Made by a program: the position numbers and the translations under genes. From contig CM126225.1 in assembly GCA_052327205.1 (NCBI GenBank), forward strand, positions 13,516,001 to 13,580,000: DNA of 64,000 bases, given 5' to 3'. The stretch comes from Somniosus microcephalus. Its lineage: Eukaryota. Positions 25,546-38,888 of the stretch are shown in pieces. Positions within the stretch are counted from its first letter, which is position 1, and each line of letters opens with the position of its first letter. The notes under the pieces were generated by a model that was not told where the DNA came from, did no database searches, and saw nothing but the letters and a program-made list of their open reading frames with translations.

Positions 25546-27954
25546 TATACCAATATTAAATTTTGATATGGTGGAGTTAAGTGATGTGGGTGCAGCAATG
25601 TCCTACACCAAATAAATGAATTTGTATGGTGTAACTTTATCCAGGACCGTAAAACAATGGAGCTCTTTGCTTCCTTCAATTTTTCTTTCTCAGACAACCT
25701 GCAGACTTTAATACCCAAGCTCGACTTCACCTAACCACCTTCAATTCATGCACCCCCCCCTTCCAAAAGTGCAGCAAAATGTTCTTGTTCTGAAGTGCAG
25801 AATTATAATTTTGTTGCCCCAATTTATGTTGAAAAATGGCTCCAGAAGTGTCAGCAACCCCCTTTCCTGGAACTCCTCAGAGTGCTCATTCTACACACTG
25901 GGCAGTGTCAATTGATATTTAACTGTAGAAGACATCATAGCTGATTCTGATCATGTCCTAATGCGACATTAACAGATCAGCATGATTTTATAAACTTTCC
26001 TCAACCACAGAGCAGGTTTCCAATTTAACACTATTGCACTAGGATCATTTTCTTTCAAAAAAACAAGCAAAAGAGTCATCACTTGTTTTCACATTGATTT
26101 ATACAATTCAAGGTAAACAGTACCTGCTAATTTTATTTTAAGCAATACCTTGAATAATGTGGCTCGGTTATTCTAATGTTAGAGAATTAGAGGCACATTT
26201 CAGGGGCTTGATTTTGAATCTCCAGTCTTGAATGTAGGAACTGGGTTATGAGTCATGGGCAAGCTGCCAGACAGACAGCCAGCTGGCTGGAAAACTGACA
26301 CAGGTCTGCAAAATGCATTTGCGTCAATTGATATAGAGTGGCATGCACAATCACTATTGAAAATTCCCATGGTCCAGCCCATCCAATCCTTAAAGCTGAA
26401 GGAACTGAAGGACAACTTAATAGTTTGAAGTGAAGGGTTAACTAAGACAGAAGAATCATTTCCAAAAATAATTTTTTTTCAAGGGAAAGAGAACAATAAT
26501 ATTTTAACAATGAAAAAACAAGCTTTCAAAAAACTAGATGACCATCAGTGAGAACGCAAACAGGAGTGTCAGAGAAAATGGTTGAACTGTGAATGACATT
26601 AAACAACCTCTCCATTTCTCCGCCTTAGTCTTTGAATTATTTCAGGGCAAGCACAAGTGACTTTTCCTCCTTCGAGGGAAGTGCCTCACCTCTGCTGAGT
26701 ACTTTCTCTCCTAGACTTTCGAGCTGAGATTGGAAGCTTGGCATACAAGCAATCTAGGAAACAAACCAGTCTCCTACAATATTTTCTATGTATTCAGATC
26801 ATGGAATGAAATGAAGAGGAAAGAAACAATGGCCCCAGTTTTAGAGAGAGTTTGGTTCTGTTTTAGCTTCTGGGTTTTTTTTTTAAAAAGCAATAACGAG
26901 AAATGATTTATGACACAAACCAGGTATCATTTTGTTACAGAAGAGACTGAAACGTGGAAACCATCTAATAGTTGGGGATTCTGAAACTGGAAGGTAATAA
27001 ATGGATAGTGATATGAATGAGTGATGGGACTAAAGGCTCTGCTATATTATCCAAATAGGTAGATCAGTTTTACTAAAGATAGCTACAGTGCCAAAAATTG
27101 AGATAACTTATTTAAAGATTAGCACAAAAATAATGTTCCTGTTATCAACTCAAGCAGATACTTGAATACTCCAGGGATAAGCTTTCTGGAGTTAGTTAAT
27201 TGACTTTATGCTTGAACAATTTTCAGGACCACGGCTGGACAATGAGGGATGAACAATTAGCAGGATAGTTAGGGAAAGCACAATTTCATTTACACATTTT
27301 TTTTGGTACCAAAATAATTAAACCGCATAAAAAGCCAATAAGTGTTATATATGAAAAAACAGATATAGCTGAAAATTCCTACTGTGAGAATGTCTTGTTT
27401 CAAAAGGCAACTTGTCTCACGGTATGAAATCACCAGTGTGAGTAGAGTATTTAGAAGATAAGGAAGCCAATAACTGCTCTCCATAATAAAAACAATGGGA
27501 GACTGGGACTCCCAGCTGGACGATCAAATCACAGTCTCAACTGAGGGCAGTTCTACTATACTTGTCTAGGTCAATGGTAGGGAGAAAAAAAGGTACGCTA
27601 GTGTGATATATGATGGATCAGAGATTGGTCAAGTTTAAGTTATAAAAGGCTGCTTTAATATTTCTTTATTGATTTTCTCTCTGTACTCAAGTCCTTAACT
27701 TCACAATAAGCCCTTTTAAGAAAGGTAACAACCGAAAAATGACGTCTACAACTGCAGGCTTGAGAATGGTTCTATTTTTTTGGCTGTACATGAAGGATAC
27801 AAGGAAAAAATGTAACTGATAGCTATTTAGATAAAAAGTCACCAAGTCCTAGAAATAATAAACATGGATCAGAGGGCTATTAATGGATGCCAACGTAATT
27901 AGGACAGTCCTCATGCAAACAGCACTTTCCAAACACCACAGGTAGTGTTCAGCA

Positions 27955-28497
27955 AGGCACAGCCGCCAATGGTGGGGCGAACTAAATCGGGGATGCACAA
28001 GAGGCCAGAACTGGAGGAACGCAGAGTTCTCAGAGGGTTGTAGGGCTGGAGGAGATTACAGATAGAGAGAGACACGGCAATGGAAGGATTTGAACACAAG
28101 GATGAGAATATTAAATTCAAGGCATTGCTGGATGGAGAACCAATGTAGGTCAGAGAGCACAGGGGTGATGGGTGAACAGGACTTGGTACGAGTTAAGATA
28201 TGGGCAGCTGAGTTTGTCAGGACAGCAGAAGAATAGTTGAATCTGGAGGTAACAAAAGCATGGATGAGAATTTCTGTAGCAGAATGACTGAAGCCGGGGC
28301 GGGGATGGGCGACATTACGGAAGTGGAAGTAGGCGGTCTTGGTGATGGAGAGGATATGGGGTTGGAAGCTCAGGTCGGGTATAAATAAGACGATGAAGTT
28401 GCGAAAAAGCTGGTTCAGCCTCAGACTGTAGCCAGGGAGGGGGATGGAATCGGTGGTGGAAGCCAAAGACAATGGCTTCGGTCTTCCCAATATTTAA
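27955..28497 (-). mobile_element. L2 LINE fragment
   Basis: Minus ORF HILSITKTAYFHFRNVA..EILIHAFVTSRFNYS..SPITPVLSDLHW. Confidence 0.9.
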
Positions 28498-29057
28498 TAG
28501 CTCAGTTATTGCTTGCTTCTGTAAATGACTAACTGTAAATAAACCTGTTTGGTAGTTTATTCTGGTATGTCATTAGTGGAAATGCTACCTGCAAATCCAG
28601 AGACAATAAATGGCTTTACTGTTCAGCTAGGATGTGCTATTCCATGGGAGCTGGCTTTTGTGTCGGGTATGAGAAAAAGTGACTGGAGCAGAAGTCTAAA
28701 TTGTAAAAGTCCCTTCCCATCCCTTCCTTGAAAGGTTATGGAGTAAATTAACTGCTCACACAGACTCAGCCATCCCACCTTGCCAACCACAGATATCATG
28801 AACTCAAGCAATGCGAGTAAAAATGGGAACAGTTATTGGTGTAGTTAAAAAAGAGTGCAAAAAAAATGTTCTTGCTTTTTGCCAGCATTATGAATGTTGG
28901 TGCATCAAAGCCGATTAGGTTCTTTACCAACAAATTCTCATCAGTGGCTCAATTAGTGCAAAAATCTGAAACTTCCTGTGAAGCACAAACCTTCTTTAAG
29001 CAAAAACCAAACATGAACTTTTGCTATTAATCCTGAGTGATGGGTTTCAGAACGTCA

Positions 29058-29285
<228 letters not shown>

Positions 29286-30247
29286 TCAGTAGTTACAGTG
29301 GTTCTCGTCAGTGCACCTGTCGACATTTAATATCTTAAATGTTGGCCATATAAATAATAAATTGTTGAGTTTTGGTAATTCAAGATTTATTCGTAGCAAC
29401 ATCCCTTTGAGAACTGCATAAAATGGATTATTCCCTCATGCATGTTTGTGCTCCAGATGTACCATCAGTCTGTATTCTATAACAACCTGAAAAATGTGTA
29501 AATTCTCAGGCAATTTAAACAATAAAATAAATTTGGGGAAAAACGGCAAGGTATGTCAGCTGGATATGGAACCGTTTATTATTCTGGAAACCTAGTGTCA
29601 GCGTCAAGCAACCTCAGGTCAAGCATTTCATATCCAAAAGCTTCACTACTCTGCTATAAAAGAGTAGCTAAACCCTCATAAAAGCAACAAGAATACAATT
29701 TTCTCTGTTTCCAACATGAGCCACCCTTGAAAATTGGCAATTCAGTGCCAATTTGTTCTGAACTATGAGCTGCTTTGTATTAATAGCCTGCAGCTACTTG
29801 GAAATCGATCGAGAATGCTCAAACTCATATTATGCAAGGTCCCGACAGCCAGCAGAGGGGAAGTGGGGGAGGACTTTCACACTACCGTTTGGGCTCCATT
29901 TGAACCCAGGTTCGAGAGATGAAAGGATCAACCGACTATGCCACTGGTCTCCTAAAATGCTTGCCAGAAAAAAGGAAATCCGTAAGTTTAGCACAACAAA
30001 TGCAACGACTAACAGAGTACAGGATACAGTAAATTCAATATGATTCCATGTATTCCTGTGCTTCTTGCCAATTCAAGGTTTTTAAAACTTTAAAAATATG
30101 TTTATCCAGATGGTTAATGATGGAAAATATGAGGACTAAAATTTACATTTTTTTGACGTAATAAAAAATCAGCTTGCTTTATTCTGGAACGGTTCTGACA
30201 ATGCTGTCAAAAAGAAAAGTCCATCACTTAGGAACTGTGAAAGACTA

Positions 30248-30782
30248 CAGGAAACTCTCGTTTAAACGGCACCTAAATATCCGGAATTCTCTATTAACCG
30301 GCAAAATTCATACACCGAAAACAACACCTCAATAACCGGCAATGTTGCCGAGTCCAAGTCTCCCCCGGTGGCCGAGTTAGTCAGTGGGGGTAGTTCTCCA
30401 AACTGCCACTACTCGGCTTCTTGGCGCTGTCGGAAGTCCGAACACCTCAATAACAGGAGCCTGACTCTCCCGCGCTGCTGGTAGTCTCTTCCGATCCACC
30501 ATTTTTCTATTTACTGTATAAGGTTTGTTTTACTGTTAAATAATTAAAGAGTTATGGATCACTCTCAACTGGCAGTACTGTACTTAATCAAGCATCTTCC
30601 ACCATCCATTTAACACAACATTCTGTAGGTGACTACCCAATTACTGTACTGCACATTTCTTGATTTTTTAATTTTTGTTTGTTAAAAATAGCCTCGGTAG
30701 ATAACCCTCTCCGTCATCCGGAATTTTTAATCAACCGGCACCATCCCAGTCCCGTCGGTGCCGGATACCAAAGAGTTTCCTG
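30248..30782. mobile_element. Tigger-like MITE, family A copy 2 (different interior)
   Basis: TA|caggaaactctcgtttaaacgg ... ccggataccaaagagtttcctg|TA. Confidence 0.85.
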
Positions 30783-33249
30783 TACATGCAGCAGGCTACT
30801 GAACTAATAGCATGATCGTCCTAACTATATTTACAGCGTCGCCAAAGTCTAGCCAACTTACTCTATGAGATAGATTTATTAAGGTACTTTAGCTGAGTGA
30901 CAACTGTAGAACTAATTTCGTTAGGAAAAGTTCTACCATTTCATTGGAAGCCTTTAACCTTCTAAATCCAATTCTTTTTAAATAAAAGCTGTTTTTCTTC
31001 ACATGTACCAATTCAAATTTCTCTAAAAATCTCAGACATTTCTAAAAGTTCACAATTAAGTAACTAAATTTCCAACCAAAGCAGGATCTTCATAAACGAC
31101 CAGCTCTTTGGTAAGAGCTATAATACTGCTCCCGTAGCAATGAAAGCATTTTGAAACTGAGCAAGACCTTGTCCACTCAACAGAAGAATTTACATTGCCT
31201 CGGCAGAGAATCTGCAGGTAGTTTGTGCTGAGAAGTAGTCAAGTAGATTAAGTTATTGAATTTTGAAGTAGATACAACTTCTCATGTCACCAGCCAACAC
31301 AGAATATAGCATACACAAGCTCTACGCTATGTGGCAAACATTTGGGTCGAAAGCAATGAATACAATGAAGTACATCTGAAAATGTGGTGCAATTAATATA
31401 ATTCTACTGGACTGGTATTGAGTTGTCTGATTTCCAGACAGTCAGCCAGGACAGCATTACACCACCTTTATAGGGCTCAAATGTCCAATTGTTTTTAATT
31501 TAGCAAGTGCTTTCTACTACAAAAATATGCATCATTTTGGGTACTCAAACAATGACATATAAGGATCTTGTATCTCAGTCTATTTGCCACACAAGGACAA
31601 TCAAAAGTAGATAACAGAAGTGTGCATACTTAGGAATATAATACAATTTAATTACAATGACCATCTTCATTCCCAGAATTAAGCACAGGCAGTCATTTGT
31701 CAAGATGGTTGTGAACTATTAACATGCACCAATGCACAAATCACATCTTGGGTTTGTGCATCACAAAAATCTGCATCAAGGTGGAACTGCTGTCCCAAAT
31801 TGTGCAGTAGCGGGCAATTCATTTTTAAAGAAAAGCATTCAATAGTAGCCAGTGCAATGACTTCACATGTTGCTGACTGGAACTAAAGCCTCCATTTGGA
31901 AAGGTCACAATTCATGCATGAGTAAGCCCGAAGTTGCACACAAGCTGTGTGTGCATACCAATTACATTTCTCAGCTTAAAAACTGCGCAAGCTGAAGTTA
32001 AGTACCGTGAACAGCAAGTGATCACTCAAGATGTGTTCTATGCATTCTCCCCCTCCAAAAAAAATCCTATCAATTTAAATTGTATTGCAAGTGTTCCTTT
32101 GTGGAGTCGGCAATAAATCTATCTGCTGAGTGAAACAGAAGTAGGTACAGTCTTCTGAAGTGAGGCAAGAGATCAATGCTTTGGAGCCTATCTGATTCCC
32201 AGTATTGACATCAGTGTGCTTTAGTTCAAGCAGTCCCTTTTCAAACCTAGCCAGTCTGACTTTTGTTCTATTGAAGTAAAGCACTGGTTGCATTCGATCT
32301 GAAAAACTGTCTATGAATCTGCCAGCCAGAAAAGGGAGCAGACTTGGTGGTATACACGCCAAGAGCTAGCTTACATATACCCGTCTCCCAGAATCTGAAT
32401 TCAAACAGCGCCAATAGAACAGCAATTACACTCCACCTCAGATGCTCATCTGCTTGAATGTCACACTCAGAGAATGGAAGTACTTACAGGGCTTGGCAGG
32501 AGCTTGTAAAAAGTGACACCACCAATTTCTGGACAAAACACATGGAACAACGTTGGTAAACTTACTTCCCATCCTCTACATAATTCTGCAGTATCCTCCT
32601 TTGAAGAGCAGGATTTTGGTATGACTGGTATTAACAGAATGTCAAGCAATTTTTGTTCATCTTTGCATAAACTTTCAAATGGTTAACTTGCAAAACTGAT
32701 GAATCAGTTGTAAGTACCACCAGCATTTAAGCATTGTGAAAAAAATTACAGGGTAAAAATTAGGGCCAAATATACACTTCAATTTGGCAAAGAAATAATC
32801 ACAACACTGCTCCAGGAAAGACCAATGCAGCAGTCCTGACGAACATCTTTTCAGCATCACTCTCCCGTCTCATTTTCATGCACAACCTGCACTCTCCACC
32901 ACTTTGCATCTCCTGCACCTTTCACACAAATCTGATGTTGAGAAGAAAAAAAAGTCCACCACACAATATCTGGGCAAATTTAATGTTTCTAGATGCTTAA
33001 AAAATTAAGGAGCTGCTGATTTATTTTACGATTTAAAAAGATGGGCAAGCTATTCCCCACCTACTCTGTGCCCACAAAATTGGCCCCGCATCTCTAATAC
33101 ACCCCAGCCCCATTATTACAATTTATACCTCAGCTCCCCACTTGAGTAAATCCCTTCCGACATCATAGCTACCTCACTGTCAGAATATTTTCAACAAATA
33201 CTAAATCAAGCATTGCTGGAGTGGACGTTGCCCATGTAAAAAGAACACC

Positions 33250-33992
33250 TTCCATTTATATAGCACCTTTAACGCAGTAAAATGTCCTGTGGTGTTGCAC
33301 AGAGGTATATAAAAAAAAGGGATGCCAAGTCAAAGGAGATACAGTATTAGGAGGGATGACCAAATAGCTTGGGCAAAGGGGTAAACTATTAAGGAGGGTC
33401 TTAAAAGGGCCAAAGGAAGGAGGGGGTTGGGGAGTGAATCCAGAGCATTCGGCTTAGGCAGCTTAAAGCAAGGCCATGATGGCAACGGTAGAGAGTGGTT
33501 ACACAAAAGGTCAGAGTCGTAGAGAGTGGTTACACAAAAGGTCAGAGTCAAAGGAGAGTTGCAGGGGGTGAGGGGAGGGTGGAGGCAAAGAGAAAAGGCG
33601 GCTGGAGGAGGTTACAGAGCTAGGGAATGCATATGGGGCCTGAATCACAGTTGGGGGGAGGGGAGGGGCGCTAGTTGCTGCACTGGGGTGGTTACAGAGA
33701 TATGGAGGGGGCGAGGTCATGGGCATATTTAAACACAAGGATGAGAATTTTAAAATTGAAGTTGGTGGACTGTAGGTCAATGAGAACACGAGCGATAAGC
33801 AAACAGGACTTGGGCGGGACAGGATACAGGCAGCAGAGTTTTGGATGAGCTGAAGTTTACGGACAGTGAAGAATGGGAGGCTAGCCAGAAAAGCATCGGA
33901 ATAGTTGAGTCTGGAGGTGATGAGGGTTTCAGCAGCAGATGAGCAGAGATACAGGTGTAAGCAAGCTATTTTATGAAAGTGGAAGTAGGCAA
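33250..33992 (-). mobile_element. L2 LINE 3' fragment with a 31-bp tandem duplication
   Basis: AYFHFHKIA..AETLITSRLNYS..KLQLIQNSAACIL and tail catttatatagcacctttaacg; gtagagagtggttacacaaaaggtcagagtc twice at about 33488-33549. Confidence 0.85.
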
Positions 33993-35509
33993 GAGCCATG
34001 GGTTTTTGCCACCAGAGAACAGGTAGGTAAAATTCCTGACGCAGACTGCACGCTGAGCGGGAGGAAAGAACTTCCATTGTAGTAGCCAGAACAGAATTGG
34101 ACAAATAAAATACCAAAATTGGCAGTTATTCCTTAGAAATGGACTTTAGTATGCTCTATGAATGGGCCAAAAGGGGACCCAAGGGTATTTAACCAGGATA
34201 TGTTGATCACTCTTTCTGATCTTTGGTTTACTAAAATTTTTATTTTCAGAGCTTGCAAAAATTAAATTGCTGTCGCTAATACAGTATTAGATTAATATTG
34301 GAGGAGCTTCCATGAGGATTGTATATTCATGGCAATCATTGCACCACCTCATAATCTCGGCTTTTGGTTTGAATTTTTTTTTACTGCATGTTAAAGGACA
34401 AGTCTGACAGATTCCCACAGCTAAGTCATAAATCAACCTGCCAAGAAGTAAACTATAATCGCATTTAATTCTTTAAAGACTATGCAACCGAATGCCTACG
34501 CTATATTGAAGCTAGTGCAAATTTGTCAAAGGTTTCTCAAGTTATTACAGGGACACTGACAACAAATAGATCAGATAGCCTTCATGAATTTCACCAGAAT
34601 GATTCTTTCAAGTAAATCTATACAATCATAAGCTTGCATCACCTTTGTTGCAAGTTTATCTCATTTTTAAAAAAAGTTTGAGACGACAATAAAAACTAAA
34701 ATGACAGACACATTCATCTTCAATGTAACTAAAATTACTTTATATTTTAAAGTAACTGTTACATTCTGTTTTAAGTACCATTATGGATTTTCAAGCTGGG
34801 AGTTGGAGCAATTGTTCACAGACTAAGAGACAGACTAACCCCTTTCCCATACTCACCAAGAGAAATTCAAAAGTTAGGCTCAAAAAGTTAATGAATTTAA
34901 ATAAATATATAGTTTTGCAAATCACTTTTGGCAAATGTGTTCAGTGTAATGCTACTTCAAGAAGCATTGCAATACTAACTTGGACCTGGGGCCTTCCTCC
35001 GTGGGCGCAACCGGGAAATTGCACCTGAAATTTCACCCATTTTGCCGATGTCAAAAAACGCCCAAGTATCCTCCTAATCTCATTAGAATACACCAAAACT
35101 CAAAATGGGCCCAAATTGGCATAAATCAGTGCAAACCAGCGGAAACAAGGAAACGGAAAACCCACACTAGCGTGTTTCTTCTGAGTGTTAAAATTTACAG
35201 CTTCAACTCATTTCACCATCATTCATACACATCAGCCACAGCATTAAGTCGTCAAAGTCATCGTCGTTGGTGAAGCATTAACCCCCTCATCTCCCGAAAC
35301 AGGGGAACGAATCACGGAGTTTCACACTGCACTCCTCAGAATAAGGTTTCTTTATCTGGAAAACTGTTTGTGTCTTAAGGTCAATAAAATTATTTAGAAG
35401 GTTTAAAATAACTACGGTTTCTTAGTTGATTCTTGAGATTTCAAGCCCATTCAAGGGAAAAACCCTACATATTGCAACTTGATAAGCATGGTCACCAAAA
35501 CAATAAGCT

Positions 35510-36182
35510 ACTTTTAGCGCCCCGAAAAAATTAGCACCCCCACGGCCGATTTTCCCAGGTAGCACCCCGAGAGGGAGGAGGGGCGCTACTGGAAGCGCCC
35601 CCTCGTCCCTCTTGGGGCGCTGCGAGTCAATATCACGGCGCTATGTGCCGCAGCGCCACTGAATGTTGCGCCGCGGTACTGCAGGCCTTCCTCACCTTCT
35701 TAAAGGGGAGGAGACTTGCACAGCGCGATCCGGGGCCCAGCTGGGCCACCGGGGATCGGCGTGCCGGCACAAGAGAAGTGCCGGGCTCAGGGAGCGCAAC
35801 CGGCACTCCGCGGGGGGAGGGGGGGGCTTCTCAGAAGGTTGGGGATGGCAACGGGGGCAGGTGCCAGCAGGCGGCCAGCAACAAAAATGGCCATCCAGCA
35901 CCTCGCCTTTAATTAGTGCCGCCCCGGCTGCAGATAGGCCACCCTGACCCCGTCGAACAGAGCGTCTGGGGGTAAGTCAGGGGGCGCTACCGAAGATCGC
36001 AGCTGGGGCGCTGCGCACGGCTATGACATCATCGCTGGCGGCGCAGCGCACTAACATTTACCGCTGCCACTAACCTCCCGCTGAATCTCGCGGCGCTGCG
36101 CCCGGGCGCTAGTTGCTTTGCGCCCCATTAGCACCCTCTTAGGGCGCTAACAGGAGGCGCAAAGGAACTGCATTCTTCCCCC
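35510..36182. mobile_element. Harbinger-type MITE related to 24173-24923, opposite orientation, one end unclear
   Basis: Reverse complement of 36121-36182 (ggggaagaatgcagttcctttgcgcctcctgttagcgccc..taatggggcg) aligns with the left end of the 24173 element. Confidence 0.65.
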
Positions 36183-37371
36183 TAAGGACCGAATTCTTCT
36201 GTCGCTTTATATTCAGAATGTACTCATCACGATAATGTCGGCATCCTGCCATCCGCCCCCCACAATTTTCTAACTGGAACACATTTTCTAGAGCTGACTG
36301 TACAGCGCTCAATGACACATTTATAGAGAACTGCGTTTTTATGCAAGTACAGGTGTCTTAAGTAAAATTAAACACTTTTTTCCAAACTACATTTTATGTA
36401 CTAACAGTACGACAGGTAAAGGCAATCTAATCAACAATAAACTCAAAGATGTTGACTCTTTGATATAGTTCTATGGGCTCAAGTGACGGTCTAAACCTAG
36501 ACAGTAAGTGTTCGCAGGTTGTTTGAACCAATCCTGTTCTGTCCTCACAACATTCACACAGGTTCATTCTCTAGCACTGGATAGCAATCAGGAATGGGAA
36601 TGCTGGCTCATATTCCTCTCCCACTGCAAGGGCAAAGGCCTTATGTATGCCCAACTGTTGCCAAAGCGGGGGCCAGCTGGTCAGTTTAGTTTTGTTCAGC
36701 TAGGTGTCTAACATGCATGGATACCCATCAGCATGCTTAAGAAATGCCAAAGCAAGCTACTGAAAACTTCACAAAAGGTACAGTTTCTGTCTGCCCAATA
36801 TCGAGTCCATACAAGGTCATACCCCACCTACTCAAGTTCAGGGAGGTTCAGTGCAGGTTAGTGAAAAACAAAACTCAGGGACACCCGTGTGCGCAGGTGT
36901 GCTATAGTTTAACCAGCTCAAACAATATAGCATATCAGCACAGGGCACCATTAAAGGTACAGTTCATTGTCCTGCTGCTTTCCCAGAAAGGACCATCTCA
37001 CCCATCATGGAGCTGAAAGAGAAGAGTCTCAGCCTCCTGCTCCTCCAAGTCCCATTAATGAGCTGGTCAATCATCAACAATGCCCTGCAGTACTGCAGAA
37101 CTACCTAACTGCTATTGAAATCCTGAGTCTGTCACAGAGGGCTGACTCTGTTCCAATCCTTCATTGCCAGATGGGTCACTTGGGAGCCATCATGATGCCA
37201 AAGAAATCTCATAACAGATGAAGATCCAAAAAGAGAGAGATGGCAATTACTCAGTTCTTCCATTGGCAGTAAATTGCATCTGTATGTAAAGCCTATTTCA
37301 TTCGGAAGACATTTTAAATTGGAAATCCAAAGGTTTCTTCAACTTTAAAAACTGAACACAATGAAAATATT

Positions 37372-38119
37372 GGCCCCGATTTTGCAGTCAGCGGCAAAGG
37401 AATGGTGCTCGCCATTCATCACGCTGACAGCTGCCCACAGACTTTCCGCTGGCTTTTGAGCGACAACTAATGGTTCCTAGAGATCTTTTCCAGCGCAGCG
37501 CTCTCTACAGCGGATCTGTGGCGTGTGAGCAGAACAAGCAACAGCGTGTCTCTTCAACCAATCAGATTGAAGAATCCTCACAGACACGCAGGAAGTATAA
37601 ATCCATTGTAAAATCATGTACGGAAAGCAAGAAAAAAGGAAAGAAAGATGGGATTAAGAGAGGGAGATAGGAGAGACAGGAAGAAAAAGTAAAACTCAAT
37701 TATCTTATTTTAAAAATCTCAAACACTAATTAAATGCTGAAGGAGTGAGACTCCATTCTTGTAAAATTAAATTTTCAGTGCCAGAGAGGTTGTTTGGCAG
37801 TAATTATGACTTATAATGCCTCTAAAAATTCACTTTCACCTGAAAGCACCAGCCCTAACTTTTTCTACCGTGTTTAGTGGGTGACTGGTGGCTAAGTACC
37901 CCAGCTTCACAACCCTTGCATGGGTTTCCATGCCGCGTCTATAGGCAGGGTACCGGTATAGTGCAGCCTGTGGAGGGGCAGGGTAACTCGAGACAGCAAC
38001 TTCCGGATTTCCGCATTTAACTGTGCATGTGCGGACTCCGGAAGTTGCTGCCCCATTTACTCCATAAGAACGGCGAGCGCCGATAGCCTCACTCTTATTC
38101 TCCATGCAAAATCCAGGCC
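37372..38119. mobile_element. Harbinger-type MITE
   Basis: TIRs ggccccgattttgca / tgcaaaatccaggcc; ATT duplication (37369-37371, 38120-38122); internal hairpin gcaacttccgga..tccggaagttgc. Confidence 0.85.
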
Positions 38120-38589
38120 ATTAGTGCTATGAACCAGCATTTGATGAAAATTTCCTGCTAGATATTTGTGACGATTCCATAATGATCAAAACAAACTATT
38201 ATGCCCTAAATATCTGAAGGCTGCATCAGTTGACTTCTGTTAATTAGTACATGAAGCAGGCTGCTCTGTTAGCACTGAATTAAGCAAGTTCTCTAGCCAA
38301 GTTTCTAGAATAACTAACACATCTAAAAGAGAAGCCACAAAAACTATTCCATGTCCAGTTTTGCCACAAGCATCCGTTTACCTACATACATACTGTGCTC
38401 CAGGCCAACTAGCATCCCTACCTCAAGCAGGCGTCACACCTACCCTCGAACCGGCAAATTTCACATTCACGCTAATTGTGGCCTCATTTCCTATAGAGCA
38501 GAGTCACAGATAAAAGCCCCGCATCTATAATATGACCCACTCTGCACTATGGGGAAGTTTTGTTCTGCACATGTTCAAAGTGATACCAA

Positions 38590-38888
38590 CTCAGTGATGA
38601 GGTCAGACCGGGTGGAAGGAGAGCCAGGGAGAAGCAGGCCCCGGGACGTCGGTACCACGGCGGCTGAAGATTGTCGGGCAGGAGTGCGGGAAAGGCGCAG
38701 CGAGGCGAGAGCGGACCCTATTGTGATGGCGCCGATGAAGATGGCTGCCGTCCTTGCGGGCTCCGTGCGTACCAGGCAGCTAAGTGCCCTTTGCTGCTTG
38801 GTGCGCTCGGCTCGTTAAGAAAAAAGCATTTCACTGACTGGATTTCACTTGTTGTATTTGGTTATGTGACAAATAAAAAAATTGAAAT
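38590..38888 (+). mobile_element. Short GC-rich retroposon with Rex1/Babar-like 3' end
   Basis: Ends aagcatttcactg..ttgttgtatttggttatgtgacaaataaa..attgaaatt, resembling fish Rex1-type tails as I recall them; the CpG-rich head has no RT coding. Confidence 0.45.

Noticed and set aside
32580-32610. Peptide KEDTAELCR resembling GPATCH8 KEDTEELRQ from the missing upstream exon
   Set aside because: Flanking residues do not match (no DYAEDATERRRVLEVE or KYK) and no fitting splice sites; treated as coincidence.
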